The translations under genes and the position numbers were made by a program. A stretch of DNA of 64,000 bases from Antedon mediterranea (taxonomy: Eukaryota > Animalia > Echinodermata): positions 3,772,201 through 3,836,200 of the forward strand of contig NC_092670.1 of NCBI RefSeq assembly GCF_964355755.1. Reading direction: 5' to 3'. The notes under the pieces were generated by a model. That model was not told the origin of the DNA, made no database searches, and saw only the letters and a program-made list of their open reading frames with translations. Below, piece by piece: positions 11,732 through 22,632 of this stretch. How positions within the stretch are numbered: position 1 is the stretch's first letter; the number at the start of each line of letters is the position of its first letter.

Positions 11732-13526
11732 TTATAATATTGTTTCATTATATAAATGTTGGAATTTAGGAATAGGAGTATCATCTGTCTTGTTCTGTTG
11801 ACTAGTTGAAGGTTCTGTCACTTTCATGTCATATGTTTTATTAGCATATTCCTTGACATCTTCCATTTCCACTGTGTTATATATCGTTTCACTGTATATC
11901 TGCATGTCTCTCTGACTTGGTTCCTCATCAAGTGGTCTATTCTCTGATACAATTTGTTTTATTGGTTGTCTTGGTGATTGGTTGTCATTTTCTTTGATGT
12001 CATAATAGATTACCTCATTTGTTGTTTGGCTTCTGGATGTGCTTGATATTATGACATTTTGTCTTTGTTGTTGTATTATGTCAGAAACATCAGAAATACC
12101 ATGAACAATGTTTCTTTGATAATGCAAGATAGGTTCTGGTTTCTTGTGATGTTTCTTCTTGAGTTGGTAAAGTAACACAAGTACAACAATTATAAGTAGA
12201 ATAGTAATTGTTGCCAGTGTCATTGTGGTTATTTTATAATTGTTTGTTTCTTTCATGTCATTTGCTTCATTGTATTCATGATGGGTTATCCAGCTTTGTG
12301 TTGGTTGATCTGATCTTTGTGTCTTTGTTGTTTCTTGCAGTTGTTTTCCCAGGAAAGTATGTCTTGTCTGTTTGTCAGTTTGGATACTGTTAGTGCCAAG
12401 AGATATATCTTGATGATAATAGATGTTTTGGGATGTTGTCAGAGTTTTCATTCTCTTTATTGACATTGTTTTCTCAGTTGTTATATCATCAGTGGTAGAG
12501 ATATCATGATAGTTGTTCTGTGATGCCAGAGTCTTCATTCTGTCTAATGATGTTCTTGGTTTGTCTGTTGGCATGATATCTTGGTAGTTGCTTTGGGTTG
12601 TTTCTTTGTTTACATCTGTAATTGTAAATTCAATGTCAGCAGATCTGTTTTGAATCGTTGTACTCACCAGACACTTGACAGTGTAATTACCGGCTGTTAA
12701 ATTGTTGAAACATTTTTCATCTGTCTCTTGTTCGTAGTTATACTCTGTCATTCTCGCTTCATTCAAACTCCAGTTGTAGATTTGTTCACCAGACTCACAT
12801 GTTGCATAGCATTTGAAGCAATTAACTGTTGATGTTTCATGTAACCTCTTGACCTTAACCTTTAATTGGGAGTGAACTTAATACCAAAGTGGAGCAAAAC
12901 ATGTTCAAGTTTATTTTTCTATTTTTATCTAGCAATGAAACACAGAAGAAAAATATCACTTCTCCTGAATAAAAACCATTAATAGTCTGATTATAGTTAA
13001 TTATTCCATTGTCAGTATATGAAAAAGACTTTGTAATGTTGTAGCTTCCTTGGATCCACCCAGATATCAGATACAATTTGTTATACCCTGTCAAGTTGAA
13101 ACTACAAGAAATTAGTTGTTTCTTCTGTTCAATTATGTCATTCAAACCTTGACAGTTAAAGCGTCTAGTAAAATTCCAGTCAGGTGATGCATATAAAACA
13201 TCAGATGTAGGAACCAAATATTGTGAATTGTCATCATCTTCACAGGTGTATATTCCATGGCCATGCTGTCTATTCAAAGATAAAAACTGTGGGCATCTAA
13301 TTGATAATTTTGTAAAAGTGTAATCTTTAAAGATTATTAGTTCAGCATCGTCTTTAACAACAAAGCCATTTGGAACAACCTGGTATTCTTTGCCTGCTGG
13401 TAAAACTCTAACATATGGACTGTAGCTTGATAGTCGATAGTAAACCCTATCAAATTCAACAAAATCTGAAGCTCCATGTCTAATTAACAAGAAGATTATG
13501 AGGATCATGAGAGATTTCAAAGTCAT
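11732..13526 (-). pseudogene. Ig-like single-pass receptor paralog A2, intronless, frameshifted at ~12878
   Basis: ATG 13526 (MTLKSLMILIIFLLIRHGAS). Coding-strand TTAAGTTCAC versus TTAAAAGTTCAC in A1 (2-nt loss) splits it into ORFs 13574-12855 and 12766-11732; restoring frame gives VHSQLKVKVKRLHETS..CFKCYA as in A1. TM and KKKHHKKPEP shared with A1; tail has VIYYDI, TIYNTV, EYAN. Confidence 0.75.
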
Positions 13527-13848
13527 CTTTTTGAAAATCTGAATTGCTCGACATAGACTGAGTAGTGTTTGCACATCTGATGTTTTAATAAAATAACGAA
13601 ATGTTGGTTAAGTAATGTAATTTTAGTTAAATGTTGTTTACTTTTTGTGTTTTGGTTTTATTATTGAAATCTAATCTGTTTTCTTAGCATAAACTGCTGT
13701 ATGTTCAACAAATAAAACAGTTAATACATGTAAGGTATTACAACTAAAGATTGTTGATTATAATAACAAAAATGATTTAAGCACAAACAACACAAATTCT
13801 ACAAATTGAAATTTGATGTGTATTCGGATATATATATATATATATATA

Positions 13849-14294
13849 TTTCAAATTAATTAATTAAATTTCAGTATATCACCGGGTGGTTTCGAATTAA
13901 TGTTCATTGCCTAATGTGTTTATATATATAAAAGTATCTCTTCGGAGATCCCGCCTCGTGAATAAAAATACTGAAAGATGAGGGCGTATCAATTTGATCT
14001 CTGGTACGCGTGCGTACAACTGAGGACTAGTGCTGTTCCGCCGTACCACGCCGAGAATGTTAAAGAGTCGCTATCCAATCGAGTTTGAACAATACCATGA
14101 AAGCCCCAGTGGTCTAATGGTTAGGACATCTGCATATCAAGCAGGCGGTCCGAGTTCGAGTCTCGGTTGGGGCGACTTTTTCTCATTCTCACAGATTTCC
14201 TCATCTTTATCGTTTCAAATTAATTAATTAAATTTCAGTATATCACCGGGCGGTTTCGAATTAATGTTCATTGCCTAATGTGTTTATATATATA
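13849..14294 (+). mobile_element. Non-autonomous tRNA-bearing element with 82-bp terminal direct repeats, inside (TA)n
   Basis: TTTCAAATTAATTAATTAAATTTCAGTATATCACCGGG...GTGTTTATATATATA at 13849-13930 and 14213-14294 (one mismatch seen); (TA)n on both sides. Confidence 0.7.
14103..14174 (+). tRNA. tRNA-like gene, anticodon ATC (Asp-type), probably element-borne rather than a canonical tRNA
   Basis: Acceptor GCCCCAG/TTGGGGC, D arm GTCT-AATGGTTA-GGAC, anticodon arm TCTGC-ATATCAA-GCAGG, 4-nt variable loop, T arm CCGAG-TTCGAGT-CTCGG, discriminator G, then TTTTT terminator. Confidence 0.7.
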
Positions 14295-14331
14295 TATATA
14301 TATATATATGACGTTACCCAAATTCCTTCAC

Positions 14332-14372
14332 TTGCACTGATGAAGGGCTAGTGTTGCCCGAAAGCTCTGCTA
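14332..14372 (+). ncRNA. Minimal type I hammerhead ribozyme (Penelope-like pLTR type)
   Basis: GCA-CTGATGA-A-GGGC(TAGTGTT)GCCC-GAAA-GC-TC-TGC: intact core boxes, 4-bp stem II, palindromic AGCT in place of stem III, short stem I GCA/TGC. Confidence 0.75.
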
Positions 14373-14423
14373 ACTTTTCTGGCTGTTTTACTTTATCGTT
14401 TTGATTTAGCTTTTCGCTTTGTT

Positions 14424-15239
14424 TTTTGTATCTCCATTGAGATCCAGCCACTGATACCCACAGCATTGTCATTTTGTATCTCCATTGAGATCCAGCCACT
14501 GATACCCACAGCATTGTCATTTTGTATCTCCATTGAGATCCAGCCAATGATACCCACAGCATTGTCATTTTGTATCTCCATTGAGATCCAGCCAATGATA
14601 CCCACAGCATTGTCATTTTGTATCTCCATTGAGATCCAGCCAATGATACCCACAGCATTGTCATTTTGTATCTCCATTGAGATCCAGCCACTGATACCCA
14701 CAGCATTGTCATTTTGTATCTCCATTGAGATCCAGCCACTGATACCCACAGCATTGTCATTTTTTATATCCATTGAGATCCAGCCAATGATACCCACAGC
14801 ATTGTCATTTTGTATCTCCATTGAGATCCAGCCAATGATACCCACAGCATTGTCATTTTGTATCTCCATTGAGATCCAGCCAATGATACCCACAGCATTG
14901 TCATTTTGTATCTCCATTGAGATCCAGCCACTGATACCCACAGCATTGTCATTTTGTATCTCCATTGAGATCCAGCCACTGATACCCACAGCATTGTCAT
15001 TTTGTATCTCCATTGAGATCCAGCCAATGATACCCACAGCATTGTCATTTTGTATCTCCATTGAGATCCAGCCAATGATACCCACAGCATTGTCATTTTG
15101 TATCTCCATTGAGATCCAGCCAATGATACCCACAGCATTGTCATTTTGTATCTCCATTGAGATCCAGCCACTGATACCCACAGCATTGTCATTTTGTATC
15201 TCCATTGAGATCCAGCCACTGATACCCACAGCATTGTCA
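14424..15239. repeat. 48-bp minisatellite, 17 copies, 240-bp higher-order period
   Basis: Unit TTTTGTATCTCCATTGAGATCCAGCCA(C/A)TGATACCCACAGCATTGTCA; variant order CC-AAA-CC-AAA-CC-AAA-CC. Confidence 0.97.
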
Positions 15240-15511
15240 TTTTCTTCAGTTATTTGCCTTTGGATTTATATATATATGTATTTTATTTATGTCTGAATAA
15301 TAACACACAGATCAATATGAAGTCAATGATCAAAATAATTTTGAAGTAATCATTTTGGGAAAATCTAAAATGGTCATAGATTAAGTTGTTTTTCATGTTT
15401 TTTTAAAATAAAATACAAATAGAACTGCAATTGAGTTTCATTTTGTGTTTTAAATAATGTAAATTGAAGGTTTTTTTTTATTATTTTGAAATAAATGTAT
15501 TTTTTTTTCAG

Positions 15512-18500
15512 GTTGTAAAGGTTTGGGATTTAAAGGAATACACATGTCTTCAAACTGTTTCCATCAAATTCCCATCATTGCAATATTCCCGCATTCCAGA
15601 ATACGGAGCAGTTTGTCTTCGTGTTTTACACTCGCCAATAAACACTATGATGGTGACTTGTGGAGATTACGTAGCTTCGTTGAAGATCGGTAGCGCCGAT
15701 GCAAATATGAATCGAGGCCTACAGACCCATAAGGAGCCGCTGTGTGCTGCCATCTACAACGCACGCTTTAATCAAGTGAGTTCTACTGTTTAGTGATAAT
15801 CAAAACATACTTTTGCTATTACTTTATATAAAAGTGAAACTGGCTAACTGGCTGTATATTGGAAATATACACAAGATGCTCTAAGTCTTTTAACAAATCA
15901 TTTATAGTGTATGGTATAATATTTTGAAGGAGAATTGGTATAACGCAATCAATCAAATAATTACACTAGCGAAATAACATGCTTAACAATGGGGCTTTTA
16001 CAGATAGTTACAGGGGCTGATGATTCAAGTATTTCTGTATGGGATTTTGAGACTGGAGCTAAATCACACACAGTCAACAAGGCTCACAAAGATGAAGAGA
16101 TAACATGCATGATATTCACAATGTCTGGGAGGCGACTCATCACTGGCGCCAGGAATGGAACAATCAAGGTGATCAGGTTTATGCAGATTAATGCACATGC
16201 ATAGGGTTCCTTCAGTGCAGGTGGAAACATTATAAAACATTAGGGATTATAAATAGACTGCTATACTAAGTGTAGGTGTAATTTAAGAGATAAATTGGAA
16301 TTATACTGCAGATGTATAGCTTATACACCCACACTGTCCATCAAAAGTACAATCATGACCATAAAATGTAAAAGCAACTGAATATGGAGAAAACATTGGT
16401 GACAAGAACACCTGCCTTTTTAAAATTAGTTTTGTCATTATATCTTATTGTGGGATTCTGTCCTAAGTCAATAAATCTACTTATTATCCTCAGGTATGGA
16501 ACTTTCAGAATGGACACAACATCCATCAACTTGATGTAGTAGATGATGTGGAGATTACTGGTCTAGTGTCATTCGGGGATAAGAAAGGAATCTTATCAGT
16601 TGGATGGAACAGACTGATTGTCAAATATGACGATAGTGACTCTGATGTAAGTTCATCTTTTGTTACCCTGCCAACCCGATTCAATCATGATTCCACTAAA
16701 TGAAGGAGAACTCATATTGACTTAACAACCAAAAACGCTAAAATTGATCAAATGAACTTACTATTGAATCAATCATACTTCAGACAAAGACATTTACAGT
16801 AACATGTGTGGTGTTACTGCATGCATTTTTTAAACAGTTAAATATTCTTCACATTTTTCGATCTTTTTAACATTTTTTTCTGATTGTTTCTTCTTCCTAG
16901 ATAAACTTTGTGAAGGCTGACCTAAGCTGGGAAGGTGGTCAACTTCATCAAGATGACATCCTAACGATGGATTTCTTTCCTCCAAATCTTCTTGCCACAG
17001 CTAGCTTTGATGGACAGATTGTCATTTGGAGTGTTGAGACAGAAAAGCCATTTGTTCACCTAAGAAACGGACAGCCAACAGAAATGTAACCTAATTCTTT
17101 TCTTTTTTGTACAAATGGTTGTTTTACATTTCACACTGTTACCATCTGGTTCCTTCCTAGTCTCTTACACATAATTTCCCCAATTCCTCTCACTGACCAA
17201 CAGCAACTGGTTATATGCAACACTACTTCTTCTGATCTTGTGCATTGTTTCATTTTTTCCACGATAAATTTTAATGATTAGAGTTTGTTTCTCGGGAAAA
17301 AAACCCAAAAAAAACACTAGTGTATAAACTTTCAATTGTACAACAATTGTATCATATATTTGGCAAAAGTTAACAAAGAGTTTTTATTTTGATTACAGCA
17401 CAAAACAACTAAAAGAAATTCTATCAACATCTAGTGTAAATAGTCGATGTCAATCAACTGCAACAACCAAATCCAGCAACTCTAGGCCGAGTACACGGCA
17501 CAGGCAGAGGCACAAACAACCAGTAGGGTAGGTAATCACACAGGAAATTAGTAACTGCAGGACATACATGGCATTCGGCAAAAATAAAATCCATCACAAT
17601 ACTGACAAGAAATATGTAAACTGAAAGATGAGAATATTTAGTTGCATCAGACAAGGTCAAACTAACCAACAAATACATTTTTGATAAACGATCTATTAAT
17701 ATTCAAGATTTATCAACATTCTGGTTAACCTCCAGATGACATCCTGGACCTAGTATAGCTGCACACCAATATACAAAGTTAGAATTGAAATTGATTATGA
17801 ATATCAATATTTTTTAGATTTTCACAGGCGCCAGTAGACAAAGTAATGTTTTTGAAGCACCGTTTATCTCAAGGTTTGACAGACGCACCCACGTTGATCT
17901 CTAGTGAGGCTGGACATCTTCACTTGTGGTGTGTTTATGGCAGTAGTCACTATAGAGGTAGGTCAATACCATTTAATGGTGTTGTCTTCACATACACTAC
18001 TGGTAGTGGTGGTGCAGACAGCCATTGAACTATAATTCTATATAGTAAATTTTAGCATGGCATGAGTCTTCTGCTTACGTGCACATTATTTATTATAAAT
18101 TTAGGTCATTTTTATGCCAGTGATAGTGAAGATGAAGAGGAATCAGTACTATGTATGTGCAGTAACCATGACAACACGTTACTGATATCAGGTGATACAA
18201 AGGGATTTGTTACAATATGGAACATAAAAAATTATGCTATATATCAAGCAGAAAACGTAAGTACAGTAACTAAACTCAAGAAAACACTAACAATTTATAC
18301 CTAATACCGTAGTACCTTATTCTTACGTTAGCTCTGAATCATAACAGAGCTCATTGCAATATCTGTGAAGGTATTTTAAAAAAATAATAAAACAGATGTA
18401 AATCCAATAGCTAATAAAGAAAAGGAATATTTTGAGATTGTGTGTAGTTGAACTGTAAATCTTGCAGTTCCATCAATACCATTGAACAAGCAAGATGTAT

Positions 18501-20513
18501 TGTGTCTTCCATTTTAAAATTCAGTTTCCCAGTATATATTGTTCTATTCTTATATATAATTTACTTCTTTCAGCAAGAAATAGAAAAGCCACCTGTAGTG
18601 ACCACCTGGCATGCACATGATACAGCACTTGTCAGTGTAGATTTGATAGACTTTGAGAACCAGCAGTTTCTTTTGACAGCATCCACTGATTGCACCTGTA
18701 GGCTCTGGACCATAGAAGGCCATTATGTTGGAATGCTTGGCCAAAAGCATTTGTGGAATATCCGCAAACCGGAGACTTATAAGTACCCCCTGTAAATAGG
18801 AATTTTCATCAAATTTCCAAAACATCAATTTTTATCTACTTGAAATTGTCATGCTGTTAGAATTGTTCATTAACATTTTAAATTCTACTACATATACAGT
18901 ACTATCTGTCAAGAAATATTTTAACAAGAAATTATTATTTAAAAATTTCAGAAACCCTTGGTCGGCGGATATGGAAGAAATTCTGAGTGAAACAAGCGAG
19001 AAAAACGGTAAGCAACATCATTCAAATGAGGTTTGTAGAAATTTATAGAAATGCTTAATAAAAACCAGGGATAACCCTGATAAAACGAAAACAAGATTTC
19101 TTCAATATTGAACTAATAGATAAATAAGTTTAATATTCTTTTAGGCCTATAAGCAAAAATAAAAAATTTAATGATAGGGCATCTGATCTGTATATTTGAT
19201 AGAAATTGATAACTTGGAAGCTGATGACAATAGTGACATAGAGCCATCAACAGAAATAAACATCGTAAACACAGACGAACAAGAGGATGCAGACATTAAC
19301 ATAAATGATAACCAACTTACAACACAAGACCAATTCCCATTGACTAAGATAACAGAACCAGTAAAACTAAACGCCGAGGAGCATCTTAAATCGGATACAA
19401 ATGGGACAGAAGAGAATGTAACCATCCACAAACAGATTCGTCCACACACGAACTCATCAACAATTCGAGAACGAGCTTTAGTGCCAAACAAAGGAATTGA
19501 ACGATCAAGAACGTCTTTCTCGCATTTTAATCGTAAGAAGTCGCCGGTGAACTCTAGTGATATTGATGCTCTTCTGAATGCTACTCCGGTAAATCTTTAT
19601 CTTGTATCACATTAAGGCCCTCAATATGGTTGCTGTCACAAATTTTAAGATTCCCTGACAATTTAAGGTTTCATTGAAACAGGTATTATATATCCTTATG
19701 GTATAATCCCACCCCATAGATCACGAAATTGGACCGACTTGGGTAGGAAAACCCTGGTTCAGGAAAAAAATGATTGGTAAGTATTTCTTGTAAAAACTCA
19801 TCTGAACTGGCTATACAGGGACTATATCGTTGCCTGTTTGTGAAATCAGACATAAGGGGGTGGGATTAGACCCGGAGTGGGATTATACTCAAGGATATAC
19901 GGTAAATGGTTCAGCATAATCATTACTAAAATGGTTTTTATTTATATTTTTCTTTCGTGCAATTTAGAGTATTTTAGGACGACGAGTTGATGAAGGTTTA
20001 GCTAGGATAACACAAAGCCGTCAAGAACGGCGACATCGTTACGGTGAAGTGAATTCTAGAACGACAGCAAGATTTGGAAAAATTTGTTCACCGTTTCAGG
20101 CACTGGCGACATTGGTACGTAAGATTCCACTTGCATTATGCAGCACCACACAAGTGTAATAGCTGCTGTTGACTGTCTCAAAGCAATATGTACTTCCTAT
20201 TTCTGAATTTTTTCCCTATTTTGACTTTATAATAAACACAACTTCAACCATGTACTCTTTCTTCATCAACTAAAACTAAACCTTAATTTTATTTTAGGAA
20301 ACAAGTGAAGTATTGTTTCCCCGAACCCTGCCAATGACTCCACGCATGATGAGCCGTGGTTTGACTTGTTCCAATGAAACAGAGCTGAAATCACTGAATT
20401 TTGATCAACCAATAACAGACACCAAGACAGACAAGGATCTAATAGACATGGGTCAAAGGTCATCACTTACAGTAACACCTGTTCTACCTCCAATCAAGGG
20501 AACTAATATGTAA
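15512..20513 (+). CDS. WD40-repeat protein, WDR49/WDR64/WDY-like (3' portion, 12 exons; 5' exons not found in window)
   Basis: Frame-consistent GT/AG exons: 15512-15775, 16004-16168, 16494-16646, 16901-17085, 17399-17527, 17818-17957, 18105-18256, 18574-18791, 18952-19007, 19203-19588, 19968-20114, 20298-20513. WD motifs VKVWD, ISVWD, GTIKVWN, HQDDIL..PPNLLATASFDGQIVIW, LLTASTDCTCRLW. Confidence 0.85.
19689..19904. mobile_element. MITE in WD-gene intron
   Basis: Imperfect TIRs TATATCCTTATGGTATAATCCCAC ... GTGGGATTATACTCAAGGATATAC. Confidence 0.55.
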
Positions 20514-21756
20514 TATTGCATTTATATTTAATAGTATTTATATATTTATGTTTAGTCAATATAACTGAATAACACAAACAGCTTCAGTAAAATCTCCTAA
20601 AATAAAATAATTATCAAGGGGTATGAGTCACAAGATTGGCAAGATATAATTTCAATACTTCTTACTTTGTAAGCCTCTATTGAAACTCATGACTGGGCTG
20701 CCTGGTGGGAAATTGTAAAGGAAAAACATTTAGGCACACGTGGTGTGTCATAACCATATTTGAATTGGAATCTTTAAAATAAAAAAAAGACGTGACTTGC
20801 TGGCCAGTAATTGGAAAATAACGATTTTCTAGCTTGTGAGATCAAAATATTGCACACATTTCTTCGCAAAGTATATTAAATATGTTAGTAAAATAATTAG
20901 TTGTATAAAAACAATTTTACTGTACAGTATTTAATTGATAAAGTTTAATTCTTGAATCTATCAAAGTAATAATGAATGTTAATTTATGCTTTTAGTATTT
21001 ATTTTTGTTTTATAAAACTCAACCAAAGATTATATTTCTTTACTAAAATTTGAAGAACATATTATTTATTGCTAAATAAAAAATAAATTATGATTCAATT
21101 TTTAAAAATGTATTGTTTATATTTGTTTCCTGGTGTATGTGTCATTATAAACAAAATAAAATGATTAAAAATGGAAGGGTTGATAATGAATCTTAAAGAT
21201 TTCTGGTAGTGTGAATGCGAACAATACAATAGATTAGGAAGAGGATGAGAAATGGTACACAGAACTGAGAGAGAATTAAACATGCATTTTAGAAACATAC
21301 AATAGCCCCTGCCACTGCAAATGTCCATATCCTAAAATAAACAAAAGCAAATTGAAGATGATGTAGAGGAACCATTTACACTGCTCCGTGCTCCAGCAGC
21401 TCTTTGAAGCTCCCAAAAAAGAGAGGAACAGAATTCACCAGAGCTTAAGTGAAAATGGCATCTGACTTTAGTATAATGGTGGTTAAACATGTTATATGAT
21501 CATGATAACAATGATTGGTTAATGACAATGGATTCTAATTATTTTCTACAGTAACAACCGTCTCCAAGAACAACTCCCCCAGTGTCCATTTCTGGACTAA
21601 ATATTGATCATTTATCGATCCATGACCACAGATTGAACAGATAGAAGCTTATTAAAAAAACACAAAACAAATAATAAATTCACAATTTTATTATTTGACA
21701 GTATATACATGGATGGAATGAACATAAGGTATAAATTAGACAATTAGTATATTGTT

Positions 21757-21892
21757 AAGCGTGATTCCCACTAGAGACGCAACGCAAGCAAGTTGACCAA
21801 TCACAAGCGACAGTTCGAATGATCCATCACATGTGATTGGTCAAATCCCTTACATTGTAATTACGTCTTTGTGTTGCATCTCTAGTGGGAAC
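21757..21892. mobile_element. MITE, same family as 39278-39662
   Basis: AAGCGTGATTCCCACTAGAGACGCAAC ... GTTGCATCTCTAGTGGGAAC inverted termini; internal CCAATCACA/TGTGATTGG palindrome. Confidence 0.7.
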
Positions 21893-22632
21893 ATTATAAA
21901 CAATGATGTTAATAATAGTTGATGTACTCTATCTGGTATGTCAGTGTCAGCGATATTACAAACTGATATGATGTGGTGATTTAAGCAGTCGTGGTGGAAT
22001 TTATCTAGAAAGTTAACTTTCAATTGCAAATCAGCTGGCAATTTCACACATTGATTCAATACATATTTTAAGAACCGTTATAATAGTCATAGGGATGACA
22101 CAGATGATAATTAGCAGATTGTTACATCATGCAAGATATCCGTCATAAGCCTGACAAAATAAATCTATATACTGGCACTACTTTAACACACTCATATGTA
22201 CTGTATTTGTAACTTGCATTCCGCGATTGTCTACCGACATCAATAAATAAGCATGATGACATACCCGCTTTCCATACCAGCGTACAGTAGGCTAGAATGT
22301 GCCAACACAAGGACACTGCATAGGGTATTATAAATGTAGTAATATCTAGCAGAAGATACTATTAAAGACAAACCAACATTCAAGATAGGTACTTCTAAAA
22401 AATCATTTAAATATTGTCCACAGCTAAAAATTAGGTGATTAGGAATCAGGGATAACAGATTACAGTATCCCAAGTATTTACTGATCTCAGATAAGCTTAT
22501 GGGATTACCAACACTAATCCCAGAGCGTGTGTTCAGAAAATATATTATAATTTGTAAGATAAATAAATTATACTGAATAATTTCATATAGAAATGCAAGA
22601 ATAACCTGTTTTAGAATGATGATTAAGACATT

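Noticed and set aside
14424-15239. CRISPR-like array (also considered for 24512-25220, 32755-34025, 46500-47100)
   Set aside because: Head-to-tail units with no unique spacers, no cas genes, eukaryotic context.
14314-15296. Long repetitive ORFs on both strands (16-aa repeats)
   Set aside because: By-product of a 48-bp unit (multiple of 3) lacking stops; no start context or domain.
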